Source of the DNA: a virus
Lineage: Duplodnaviria; Caudoviricetes
Direction: 5' to 3' (one strand)
IMG/VR virus record: IMGVR_UViG_3300033463_000095
Span: 1-64,000 of that record
Length of the DNA stretch: 64,000 bases
Shown: in pieces, positions 47,339-58,474 of the stretch
Numbering within the stretch: the stretch's first letter is position 1
Layout of the letters: each line of letters starts with the position of its first letter
Translations under genes and position numbers: made by a program
The notes under the pieces: generated by a model
What the model was told of the DNA's origin: nothing
The model's database searches: none
What the model saw: only the letters and a program-made list of their open reading frames with translations

Positions 47339-47812
47339 ATGCCAGAACTATTTAAAACATATACATTAGATGAAATCGTTGTTTTTATTATTCTTTTGGC
47401 TCTTGCAATAAAAAGTATAATTGATTTATATGATTGGTTTATTGCTCGTTTTAAAAAACCAATAGATAAAGCAAATAATGAGAAACAAAAGGAATTAGAT
47501 ATGCTAGATACATTAAATTCTCATGAAGAACAAATACTTGGATGCAAAGAGTGTTTAAATAAAATATTAACTACAACAAGTATTTTAATGGAATCTGATA
47601 AAGATGATATAAAAGCATGAATAACAGAAAAACATCATTATTTTTGTTATGAATTAGGTTATATTGATGATTATAATTTACAATGTATTGAAGCTAGATA
47701 TAAACATTACAAAGAAGAGGATGGTAATACTTTTATCGATGGTTTTATGATTGATATTAGAAAACTACCAATTGTTTCAGTTCTTAATAAAAAAGAAAAA
47801 GAGAATGAGTAA
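47339..47812 (+). CDS. Membrane protein with N-terminal TM and coiled coil (lysis-adjacent family)
   Basis: TM segment IVVFIILLALAI; read-through KAW(TGA)ITEKHH...YKHYKEEDGNTFIDG. Confidence 0.65.
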
Positions 47813-47843
47813 TTCAAATAAGAGATTAAAAGGAGTGATATAA

Positions 47844-49493
47844 ATGAGTATTGTAACAAACTTATATCCACCAGTAATATATAATAGTTATATGCCTGCA
47901 TTTGTATATAATACAACTGCTAGAGTTTATTTTAGTTTATCTGAATTTAATAGTTTAAGTGAGATGAAAAGTTATGCACAAGTAACTGTTAGTAATCAAA
48001 ATACTAATTTAAGTGTTCTTGATACCAGTAAATATCCAAGTGAAATAATGCTTACTACTATTAAAACTGATAGTACTAGAACAACAGATGATAAATATTA
48101 TATTGAAATTGCTAATAGTGATATTAATGGCGGATTTCAAATAGATGAATATTATAATGTTCAAATTAGATTTATTGATGGTGCGGCAACCGATATGGCT
48201 TTAACCACACCTCAAGCACTTGATGCATGACTTGCCGCAAATTTAGATTACTTTTCTGAATGATCTAGATTAATCATCATTCGCGCCATAAGTCAACCTA
48301 CTATGTCAGTAGCTGGATATGAAATTGTAGATGGTCATATCACATGGTCAATGGCTAATAATAATTTAATTGGAACATTAACATTTGCCGCAGATGATGA
48401 AACTGAATATTTAAAAGATTATAGAATTAAATTATATAATTCAGATGATGAATTATTAACTGATAGTGAAACATTATATACAGATAATTATAATAACCCA
48501 AACTCATTTATTTATAGTTTTAAATATAATTTTGAAATAGGTGAATCATATTCATTTACTATTGATTATGAAACTAATAATTTATATAGTAATTCAACTA
48601 CTATTGAATTTGATGTAGTTCAAGATAGTCCAGATGAAGTAGATTTTTCATTCGGTGCTAAGTTAGATGAGAATAATGCAAGAGTAGATATTGATATTAA
48701 ACGTAGTGAAGATAAACCTAGTTACACTGGTAAGTTAGTTATTAGAAGAACTTCTAGTGAAAGCAATTTTACTATATGGGAAGATATGCATGTTATTAAT
48801 TTAACTGCGGTAACTAGATATAAATATGAATGATTTGATGAAACTATTAAAAGTGGAGTATGATATAATTATGCTTTACAAGAAGTTAGTACAGGCAATA
48901 TAAGGCAAGGTATTAGAATTGGTAAAAAACCTTTAATGGCTATATTTGATGATGTATTCTTAACTACAAAAGATAAACAATTAAAAATTAAATTTAATCC
49001 TACTGTTAATTCATTTAAACAAAATATTAGTGAAATGAAAATTGAAACAATAGGAAATAAATATCCATTTATAAGAAGAAATGGTTCTATTAACTATGCG
49101 GAATTCCCTATTTCAGGATTAATCTCATTCCAAATGGATGAAGACCAAATTTTTATAACCAAAGAAGAATTATATTTAAATAAAACTATTATGAAGAAAT
49201 ATGATAGATACAATGATGAAATATCTGAAGACTTACCTATTACTGAAGCAAATGATTTTGTTTATGAAAAATTATTTAGAGATAAGGTAATGGAATTTTT
49301 ATATGATGGGGAAACTAAATTATTTAGGTCTCCAACTGAAGGAAATTATTTAGTTAGATTGTTAGATGTTTCTTTTGCTCCTAACCAATCTTTAGGTCGA
49401 ATGATTTGAAGTTTTTCTGCGACTGCAACCGAAATAGATGAAGATACTGTTGATAATTATGAAAAATATGGTATAATTGCGGCAAGGGGGTAA
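47844..49493 (+). CDS. Tail/baseplate-like structural protein (549 aa)
   Basis: Joins fragments 47844, 48303 and 48936 via TGA; Ig/Fn3-like middle; C-terminal IETIGNKYPFI...FPISGL...KLFRSPTEGN resembles distal-tail proteins. Confidence 0.55.
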
Positions 49494-49499
49494 TTGATT

Positions 49500-51539
49500 A
49501 TGAAAGTTAATTATCCTTATTTAAGTGATAGTAATTTTTTAGATACTATTGACACAATGCATTATCTAGAACAATATGTTAAGATTACTGCTCTTGATTG
49601 AGATGAAAGACCAATTAAAGATATTCAAGGCATTATTAACAATGGTAGCATTAGTATTGATGGTAAATCTGCTGTAAGAAGAACTATTAGTTTAAATTCT
49701 TCTTTTGGTAGTAATGTTACTGATGTAAATAACATTTTTTCTATTAATAGAAAAATTAATGTTGAAATTGGTTTTAAAAATAATACTAACAAATATGTTG
49801 ATTATCCTATTATATGATTTCCACAAGGTGTTTTTATTGTTATTTCCGCAAATGTGAGTCATAGTTTAGGTGGAGTAACAGTTAATCTACAAGCAAGAGA
49901 TAAAATGAGCTTATTAAATGGAGATTGCGGCGGTGTGATCCCCGCGTCAACACGATTAGATACATATGAAACTGTGGATAGTGAAGGTAATTGAGTAGTT
50001 GAAAAACCTTGTATTGACCAGATTATTAGAGAAGTAGTTAATCACTTTGGAGAAGAACAATTAAGTAGAATTATTATAAGTGATGTAGACAAGAGAATTA
50101 AGACTGTTATGAAGTGAATTGGTAATACACCTATTTATTTAATTACAGAAGGTGGAAATAATTGGTATACTACTGATTTTAGTAGAGCGGTTGCCGCAGG
50201 TTCTTATACTCAATATGATTATAATGCAGATGTTGGTTATATTTATTCAGATTTTACTTACGTAGGTGAATTTATTGCAGATGCTGGAAATACAGTTTGC
50301 AATGTGTTAGATAAAATAGTTTCTTATCTAGGTGGTAATTATGAATATTTTTATGATGTGTATGGTAATTTTATTTTTCAAGAAGTAAAAAATTATATGA
50401 ATATATCTCATCAAACAGTTGAAATAGATAAAATAAAAAATAGCGACTATCTTGTAGATATGAGTAGAGGTAGAATAGCTTATGATTTTAGTAATAAAAA
50501 TATAATTACTTCTTATTCTAATTCGCCTCAATATAATAATGTAAAAAATGATTTTATTGTATGAGGAATTAGAGAAACTTCTGAAGGACTTACTTTACCT
50601 ATTAGATATCATATGGCTATTGATACAAAACCTAAAACAGGAAATATATATAAAGTATTTTTCTATATAGATCCGGATGATGGATTAGAGAAAGCGAAAA
50701 TACCTATTAAATATGGTAGTTATGCGGCAATTACTGCTACACCAGGTAAGGCTGGAGTATTCTATGAGGATACCAGTACTGGCAATATATATATTTGAAA
50801 TGGCAGTGAGTATGAACAAGTAAGCGATAGTGAATTTGTAAGAATTATGACTAATGATTGGAGAAGTGAGCTATATTTACAAGGGGTTGCCGCTGAACCA
50901 TTGGGTATAGCATCTAATTATTATTATACTGAATTAGCTGCTGAATGACCTAAATTATACAATTTAAAAGCAGATAGTCATACCGATAGTGAAGGTACTT
51001 ATTATACAGGTGCTTTTTATCAAGATGTGTTAGATAATCCTTCTGGTATTGATTATTTCTTAGATTTTATTGATTCAGAAGCTGCTATATCTAAATTTAG
51101 TATTAAAAATATTGGTAGAAGAACTATTGTTGAGAACAGTAATGATTTTAATTGTGTATTTGAACCTACCATTCCTAATTTTGTTATTATAAATACTGCT
51201 AATCCTGAAGAGGCCGCAGAAAAACGTGCTGAATGTGAGGCTAGAGGACAAGCGTATATTCAAGTGGATGGAAACATATTTGATTCACTTGCGGTTGGTG
51301 GTAATTTTAATAGTTGCTATTGAGAAATAAAAAATTTATTATATACAAAAACTGGATATAATGAGACTATTCAAATACAAGCATTACCTATTTATCATAT
51401 TGAACCTAATATTAGAGTTAAGGCTTTTGATAGTAATAGCGATATATATGGTGATTATATGATTAATAGTATATCATTACCTTTAGGTATAGATGGACAA
51501 ATGTCGATTAGCGCTATTAGAGCTAATGAAAAAATATAA
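49500..51539 (+). CDS. Baseplate hub-like tail protein (DUF5048-like, 679 aa)
   Basis: One frame under code 4; GSISIDGKSAVRRTISL...DKMSLLNGDCGG...YFYDVYGNFIFQE...NVKNDFIVWG. Confidence 0.55.
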
Positions 51540-51542
51540 AAT

Positions 51543-51583
51543 AAAAAAGAGATGAACTTTTTATGGTTCATCTCTTTTTTTTT
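51543..51583. terminator. Bidirectional intrinsic terminator
   Basis: AAAAAAGAGATGAAC...GTTCATCTCTTTTTT. Confidence 0.8.
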
Positions 51584-51704
51584 GCTTTAAATTTGAGGAG
51601 ATTTTATTATTTAAACTGTTAGTTTATTAATATGATGATAGTTTGATTATAAGTTTTAAAAATTTTTATTTTAGTGCCAAATTTATAAGTTTTTATAAAA
51701 ATTT

Positions 51705-51744
51705 TGACAAAGTAAGGAAATGAGTTTTTATAAAAACTTATATA
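51705..51744 (+). promoter_or_regulatory. Putative late promoter motif copy with an internal 16-bp palindrome
   Basis: TGACAA-N29-ATATA; AGTTTTTATAAAAACT at 51723-51738 lies within the spacer. Confidence 0.55.
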
Positions 51745-51785
51745 ATAATGTAAGGAAATAACAATAGAAAGGAGTATTTAAAATT

Positions 51786-52211
51786 ATGAACTATTATCCT
51801 AACAATAATTTTTATCAAGGCTATTCAAGTTATAATAATACTTATCAACCTGCGGCGACGGCGATTAACGCTCTTCAAGGTAAGATTGTTGATAGCATAG
51901 ACATGGTTAGAGCTAATGAGGTTCCATTTGGTGGATTTGGTATCTTTCCTAAAGGAGATTTAAGTGAAGTATATATTAAATCATGGAATAGCAATGGAAC
52001 TACTCAAATTAATACTTACAAACCTGTACCTAATGAAGAATCAATAGAGGTTAAAGAAAATAATTTAAGAAATGAATTACTTGAAAAGATTGATGATTTA
52101 AATAAAAAATTAGATATGCTAATGAGCGGCAATGGCGCTAAAGTAGAACAGACTTCAGTACCAGCTACACAACTAGCCGCCGCAAAGGATGTGAGAGTAA
52201 ATGCTTATTAA
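51786..52211 (+). CDS. Cassette gene 1: Tyr/Asn/Gln-rich N-terminus plus small beta domain
   Basis: ORF track; AGGAG RBS. Confidence 0.75.
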   Translation: MNYYPNNNFYQGYSSYNNTYQPAATAINALQGKIVDSIDMVRANEVPFGGFGIFPKGDLSEVYIKSWNSNGTTQINTYKPVPNEESIEVKENNLRNELLEKIDDLNKKLDMLMSGNGAKVEQTSVPATQLAAAKDVRVNAY

Positions 52212-52452
52212 AAGTCCTCAAGATATGTTTAAATTAATTTCTAATTTTAAAAATCAAGATCCTTCAACTATTGTAGCTAACATGGTAAATGAAGCTGCAG
52301 AACAGGGTAATCCAGTCATGCAAAACTTATCAAACTTGATTAAAGAAGGAAAAACTGATGAAATAGAACAAGTTGTTCGTAATATTGCTAAAGAGCGTGG
52401 AATGGATTATGATAAAGAATTTAAAGCCTTTAAAAAAACTTTTAGGCTTTAA
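52201..52452 (+). CDS. Cassette gene 2: small helical protein
   Basis: ORF track, 83 aa; overlaps gene 1. Confidence 0.75.
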   Translation: MLIKSPQDMFKLISNFKNQDPSTIVANMVNEAAEQGNPVMQNLSNLIKEGKTDEIEQVVRNIAKERGMDYDKEFKAFKKTFRL

Positions 52453-52488
52453 AGATATATAAAAATATTTTAGGAAAGGAGAGTTTAT

Positions 52489-53316
52489 ATGTTTAGTTCA
52501 AACAATGGTTACAGCTTAGCTGATATAGCTGCAGCAACTGGCAATAACAACGGAGGTTTCTTTGGAAATGGCTTCGGTGGAGACGGCTGGTGGATTATTA
52601 TTTTATTCTTATTCGCATTTGGTGGATGGGGATTCGGAGGAAACGGTTTCTGAGGAGGAAATGGTGGAATTAACAGCGCTGCCGCACAAGGTGCTTTAAC
52701 TAGATCTGATTTAAGTCAAGAATTAGGTTTCTCAGATTTATCTCATACAATGAGAAATGCTAGAGAAGATTTAAGTAGTGATTATCACGATTTAAGCACA
52801 AATATTTTACAAGGTGTTTGTGATTTAAATGGTGTAATTAATGCAGGATTTAATACAACTAATAGTAATTTAAATAACTTAGGTTATCAATTACAATCAG
52901 GTATTAATGATGTAAATGTTAATGGTATGAGAAATACTTTTGATATTGGTACACAAATTACTGCATTAGGAAATCAAATGGCTAGTTGCTGCTGCGATTC
53001 TAGATTCCAAATTGAAAAAGGTTTTGCAGATACTAATTATAATTTAGCAACTCAAGTAAATGCTATTAGAAATGATATTTGCACTCAAACAAGAGATATT
53101 ACAGATAATGCAAATGCTAATACTAGAGCTATTTTAGATTTCTTAACTAATAGTAAATTAGAAGACTTAAGAGATGAAAATCAAGCATTAAAATTTGCTG
53201 CATCTCAAGTTGCACAAAATAATTATTTAGTTGACCAACTTAGACCAAGTCCAATTCCAGCTTATATGGTACAAAATCCATATTGTTGTAATGGATATTA
53301 TAACACAATGATGTAA
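52489..53316 (+). CDS. Cassette gene 3: Gly-rich/TM N-terminus, coiled coil, Cys clusters (275 aa)
   Basis: MFSSNNGYSLADIAAATG...GGDGWWIIILFLFAFGGWGFGG; one TGA; SCCCD and NPYCC motifs. Confidence 0.8.
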
Positions 53317-53344
53317 TTAAAATTTTAAATGGAGGTAATAAAAA

Positions 53345-53770
53345 ATGGCAGAATTTACAGCTGTGGCTCAACAAACTGTTGAACCAAATCAAGTAGTTTT
53401 ATTTACAGATACCCCAGTGCGTGGTAGTAACTCCATAATGCATAGAGATGGTAGCGGGTTAGTTAGTTTACGTGGATTAACTTGCTGCCAACCTCGTGCA
53501 AGATTTAAAGTATCTTTTGGAGGAAATATTGCAGTGCCAACTGGTGGAACTGTAGGTCCTATTTCAGTTGCTATTGCAATTGATGGAGAACCTGTTACTA
53601 GTACAAAAATGATAGTAACACCTGCGGCAGTAGAAGAATTTTTCAATGTAAATAGAGATGTTAATATTGATGTTCCTGCAGGATGTTGTGCTCAAATAAG
53701 TGTTGAAAACACTAGCACAGGAGATATATTAGTAGAAAATGCAAATTTAATTGCAGAAAGGGTGGCATAG
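53345..53770 (+). CDS. Cassette gene 4: BclA C-terminal/C1q-TNF-like beta protein (tentative)
   Basis: All-beta pattern (QTVEPNQVVLF...FKVSFGGNIA...SVAIAIDGEP...ISVENTS...NANL); two CC pairs. Confidence 0.65.
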   Translation: MAEFTAVAQQTVEPNQVVLFTDTPVRGSNSIMHRDGSGLVSLRGLTCCQPRARFKVSFGGNIAVPTGGTVGPISVAIAIDGEPVTSTKMIVTPAAVEEFFNVNRDVNIDVPAGCCAQISVENTSTGDILVENANLIAERVA

Positions 53771-53771
53771 T

Positions 53772-54296
53772 ATGGAAAGATTAAAAGCAATGAAAGATAG
53801 GTTAATGAGTTGCGTTGAAAGTCAAATGAATGATTTGTCTAAAACAAATACTCAAGAATTAGGTGAAGTAGTTGACATGATTAAAGACTTAGAAGAAACT
53901 ATTTATTATTGCACTGTCGTTGAGGCTATGGAAAATAAGGATAAAGATAAAAATGTTATGTATTATCCTGTTATGTATACTGATGGCGGCAATAGATATT
54001 ATCCATCTACTAGCCGTATGTATTATAACGCCTATGACAAAGGTATGCGTGATTATGACAATATTTACCCTAGAAATGTAATGAAAGATTTCCGCGAAGG
54101 CAGAAGTGGTGAATATAGAAGAACCTATATGGAAACAAAAGAAATGCATCAAGGTAAAGAAAAACAAATGCATGATTTAGAAAAATATCTTCATGAATTA
54201 AGTGAAGATGTTATGGATATGATTAATGACGCTTCTCAAGAAGAAAAAGAAATTCTTTCTCAAAAATTAAATACTTTAGCAGAAAAAGTTAAATAA
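53772..54296 (+). CDS. Cassette gene 5: helical protein with Tyr-rich middle
   Basis: MERLKAMKDRLMSCVESQM...ELGEVVDMIKDLEE...YY; ATG at 53772. Confidence 0.75.
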   Translation: MERLKAMKDRLMSCVESQMNDLSKTNTQELGEVVDMIKDLEETIYYCTVVEAMENKDKDKNVMYYPVMYTDGGNRYYPSTSRMYYNAYDKGMRDYDNIYPRNVMKDFREGRSGEYRRTYMETKEMHQGKEKQMHDLEKYLHELSEDVMDMINDASQEEKEILSQKLNTLAEKVK

Positions 54297-54610
54297 TGTT
54301 TGATATAAATGGAATATGATGGAAAATAGAGTTTACTAATATGCGAAATCCCGCATTAAGACGCACAGATGGCACTTACGCTCTCGGAGTTTGCGATAAT
54401 AAAACTAAAACCATATATTTAGCAAGTTGATTAGAAGGAAGTATGCTAAAGAAAGTTCTTACCCATGAGATAGTGCATGCCGCAATGTTCTCCTATAATG
54501 TCTATCTTTCTCTTGAACAGGAAGAAGTAATTGCGGATATAATCGCTACTTATGGAGAAGAAATAATTAATATTACTAATAAAGTATTTAAAAAGCTACA
54601 ACATATTTAG
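54296..54610 (+). CDS. Cassette gene 6: small zincin-like metalloprotease (104 aa)
   Basis: Visible only under code 4 (two TGA); LGVCD...IYL...VLTHEIVHAAMF (HExxH)...EEVIAD. Confidence 0.75.
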
Positions 54611-54627
54611 TTGTAGCTCTTTTTTTA
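54594..54627. terminator. Terminator between convergent units
   Basis: AGCTACAAC...GTTGTAGCT plus T-tract. Confidence 0.7.
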
Positions 54628-55137
54628 TTCTCCTCAATTGAATCCTTCAGTTGTTGCTTTAGTAAACTGTGCTAATCCAATACATATTGCATCAGCTTCG
54701 TCATCATTTACATCTATGTTATATTTATTTTTAACAAAAGCAATATCTGCTTCTTTTAAAGTTGTTCTTTTAATACCACGTCCATTTTTAATACCAAGAG
54801 TTGCTCTTCATGAGCTTGGATATATATACTCAATGCCAATTTTTGGATAGTTATCGTGAATTAAGAATTCAACTGCAGCTTGTAAAAACATAAGTGCTTT
54901 ATGTGTTTTTTGATTACCAACACCATAGCCGCCTTCAGGTCTAACCTCTTCTATTATTAGTTTAGTTATATCTGGATTATTTTGTAATATAGTATTTATA
55001 TTATCGGTCATAACATGAATTCTTTTTATTAAATCTGTAGATGCGGAAGTTATACATCCATGAGTTGTAAGTTCACCATTGTTAAAGCAAGCCCAGCCGC
55101 TTGATTTAGTTGAAAGGTCTAACGCTAAGATTGCCAT
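54625..55137 (-). CDS. RuvC-like Holliday junction resolvase (170 aa)
   Basis: ILALDLSTKSSGW...LIIEE...PSSW(TGA)RATLG...DDEADAICIG acidic tetrad. Confidence 0.8.
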
Positions 55138-56234
55138 TCTGGATCACCTTCCTTAATTACTTTTATTAATTTAACATATTGTTGATTAAATGGATTATCA
55201 CCTGTTAATATATCTAATCTATCTCTTGATACTATCCACTGCTCTCCCTCTTCAGGAACATAACCTAATTGATTATCTATTCTATTTTCATTTTTATATG
55301 CTTTAGTTGCAGTAACCAGATATTTATTTTTTAATTCTTCTTGATAAATAGATTTGCTTTTTGTTATAAATTGATTTCAAATATCTTCTTTTGGTATATA
55401 TTTAAAATTAAATTCTTTTTCATAAATTTCTTTAGCAGGGATTTCCGCCATATCAAAAGGAAGAATAAAACCATATTTTTCATCTACACCTAATTCTTTT
55501 AAACATTTTCAAGGAGTAATTATAACAGGAGTACCTAGTAAGAGACTTTCTATCATAGTATAACAATAGGCTTCTGTATCACTTAATTGAATTACATAAT
55601 CTGCTTTTGCTATATAATCTCTTATATCTAACTGAGGTTTCATAAATATTATTCTAGGGTGTTGAATTGCCTGTGTATCATTCGTAAATACGAACCAAAT
55701 GTAGGGTATTCCTTCCTTATCAAGTGCTTCCGCTAGTTTTATTATTCTATCTTTACCCTTTTCTCTTGTTAATCTTGTAGCAGATACTAGCATTAATACC
55801 CTTTTAGGTTTTTCTATTGTTATTGGATTATAACATAATGTACAAGGTAATCCAGTTAATTCTGTAAAGCTATCACAAACAGCTTGACTTACGCCAATAT
55901 ATTCATCTATTTTAGGATGAACTTTTGGCATAACTCCCATATCTTTGTAATCAGCATGAATAATAGAATAATATTTATTAGCATGAACTTTTTCAATAGG
56001 TCTTAAATTATAATTAAAAAAGGCTTTATCACACTTAATATCTTGACCTGTATATTTTTCTACTCTAATATATTTTTTTAATCTTTTTAATTGTTCTTGG
56101 TCTCCTCAATTATAAAATATTGTAATATCATTTTCACAATATTTTTTTGCTATTTCGAAGAACATTGTTTCTACTCCACCTATTGAGTTAATTCTATCAA
56201 AATAAAATATATTAGTATAATAATCCTGTTTCAT
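55125..56234 (-). CDS. GT-B (GT4-like) glycosyltransferase (369 aa)
   Basis: IGGVET at the N-terminus, SATRLTREKG, EAYCYTMIE (Ex7E) LLGTPVI; three TGA. Confidence 0.8.
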
Positions 56235-56253
56235 TATTAACCCTCTCCATTTT

Positions 56254-56856
56254 TTAATTATTACCGCCTGTTACAGTTAAACTTCCAGGTCTACCATCAT
56301 TATAATAATAAAGTATTTTATTTATTATTTCTTTTTTACCATTTTTAGCTTTCATTACTTGTTGCCAAGAAATATCTTCACAAAATCTTATATTATCATC
56401 AAACAACTCTACATATTCTCTTTTATATATTGCATTTCATACAGCATAATTCCATTCTGGCGGATTGTCTTCTATTATTACAGTTAAATCTGAATTCATT
56501 GCTTTTCAACTAAAATAACAATAATCAAATTTACTTGTGTTTATTTTATTTAATATGGTTTTTATATAATCTAAAGCTATGCTATCATCACTATCTATAA
56601 ATACTAGATAACTACCTTTTGCTCTTTGTATTCCTTGATTTCTTGCATAACTTAGTCCATGATTTTCTTCTAAATGTATTATATTTATATTATATCTATC
56701 TAATCTCTCTTCATGACAACCGTCATCTATTAAAAACACTTCTACTTCATCAGTTAATTGTGGTATTAGTGTATCTAATAATTTAACTGTTTCTTCAAAT
56801 GTTTTATAATATGGAATAATAATTGAAAGCTTAATCAACAAATCCTCTTTTTTCAT
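56254..56856 (-). CDS. GT2-family glycosyltransferase (about 200 aa; true start may be TTG near 56841)
   Basis: SIIIPYY, LIDDG, GLSYARNQGI, FIDSDD. Confidence 0.85.
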
Positions 56857-57490
56857 AATCTACTTTTATACCCTCACTTTCGAAAAATGGAACTACCTCT
56901 CTACATCATTTACCTTTACACACTCCTGCATATATTCATGTTTTATATCCTCAATCTATTATATATTCTCCTGAGTTTATATAGAAGTCATATCCTTTAT
57001 TATCTTGATTTAATTCTACATCTCAAGGATCGCTATCTTTTGAAATAATATCTAACAATTTATCTTTTTGTCATATTCCACAGTTTATACACACTTCATA
57101 GCTAGAACCATGTTTTCTTTTTTTCATACCTATAATATTAGTTTCTTCATCATTTTTATCAAATGATTTTTCAAAATAAAATGCTGCCATATTATCTTTT
57201 ATTTGGTCTTTTAGATATTCTATTCTTTCTACGTCTACTGGTTTTCTTATAAAATCATCATCTATTATTGTTAAAATTATATTATCATCTATTTCATTCA
57301 AAGTTTCTCTTATGCGCTTAGTTCATATTTTTAATGGATAATTTTTACATATAGTTTTATAATAGGGGTTTATTTTTGTTTCAGTTGCATATATTATTTC
57401 CGGGTGATTAGGATAATATTTTTCTATACAATGATTAAATGGTTGCCATAAATCTTCATTTTTATCACAACTTAAAACTAATATTTTCAT
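56831..57490 (-). CDS. GT-A-like glycosyltransferase (219 aa)
   Basis: MKILVLSCDKNEDLWQPF...ILTIIDDDFI (DxD-like); open under code 4. Confidence 0.6.
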
Positions 57491-57512
57491 AAACACTTCT
57501 CCTTATAGTTTA

Positions 57513-57541
57513 ATTATATCAAAAAATTCGCACTCAGTCAA
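57513..57541 (-). promoter_or_regulatory. sigmaA promoter of the glycosyltransferase operon
   Basis: TTGACT-17-TATAAT with extended -10 TG. Confidence 0.8.
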
Positions 57542-57567
57542 ATTTTAAACAAAATAAAAAAAGTGAT

Positions 57568-57726
57568 TTACATCACTTTTATACTATCTTCATAAACTCT
57601 TTTTATTTGAACTTGCTTTTTAGATTTTTCTTTTTTATCTTTTGCAACAAATTGTTCTATTTTTTCTTCTTTTATTGTTTCTTTTTCTTCTTCATTAAAA
57701 AAATTTTTTCTTTTCTTGTTACCCAT
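57568..57726 (-). CDS. 52-aa charged hypothetical protein
   Basis: MGNKKRKNFFNEEEKETIKEEK...; AGGAGG RBS; ends at a hairpin. Confidence 0.5.
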   Translation of the reverse strand: MGNKKRKNFFNEEEKETIKEEKIEQFVAKDKKEKSKKQVQIKRVYEDSIKVM

Positions 57727-57802
57727 ATAAAAATAACCTCCTTAATGTATTTAAAAATTTTTTATTTTATATTAAATAATTCTTCCCTTAGAGAATATTA
57801 TT

Positions 57803-58474
57803 TTATTTGTTTTTTCTAATTTGGTTATACTCATCATATCTTAATTTTAATGTTTTTTGTTCTTCTAGAGTAGCATCTTCCATAAGCTTATCATAAAAAC
57901 CACAATTTTTAAATTCTACACAGCCACCACATCTTACACATTGAGGAACACAAGCTCAATATATATCTTCATCATATTCTTTAATAGCTTCTAATAAAGC
58001 TTTTCAATATTTTCTAGTTGTTGGATCTGCTGTAGAACATAATCTTCTTGCAGATATATTTATTAAAGCTTGAATATTTGCATCCATCTCCATAGGAACA
58101 CAATCCATTTGTGAACGTTGAGTTCTATCTATACCAGTCCTATCTTCTCTTGATGTGCCTATAAATTTTTCACATCCTTCGTGATGTCTAGCGAAATGAG
58201 TTGAAATAGCATAAGGTATTTCAGGTCATTTTCAACTAATTACACCCCTACGGATAGGGCTGTGTTCACACAATAGTAACTTACGTTTTCACGCTTGAGT
58301 TGGTTCCCCTTCACCTGCTTCTTTTCTAATAGTTGTCATACAAGCACTTTTAATAGCTTGTCAATTAATATTAAAATTAGTAATAATTGTTTTTGTATTA
58401 TATTTATCCATTGTTCCTCCAGATTGTTTTATTCCAGGATAATAGAAACTACATCTATTATCATAAAATTCCAT
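57803..58474 (-). CDS. thyX: ThyX-like flavin-dependent thymidylate synthase
   Basis: EHSPIR, HFARH and SREDR motifs; six in-frame TGA; a second in-frame ATG with RBS lies at 58411. Confidence 0.7.

Noticed and set aside
5258-47916. Minus-strand ORF-track entries within the virion region (e.g. 5258, 10446, 11957, 14854, 17706, 39527, 41629, 43030)
   Set aside because: Antisense to well-supported plus-strand genes, without RBS, with biased shadow composition.
5242-51539. Fragmented ORFs read as pseudogenes, a decayed prophage or sequencing errors
   Set aside because: Breaks examined are in-frame TGA at Trp-compatible positions, fragments stay in one frame, and no frameshifts are needed.
53751-53771. 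Upstream start MQKGWHS for cassette gene 5, and 46965 start for the holin
   Set aside because: Better RBS-linked starts exist at 53772 (ATG) and 46992 (GTG).
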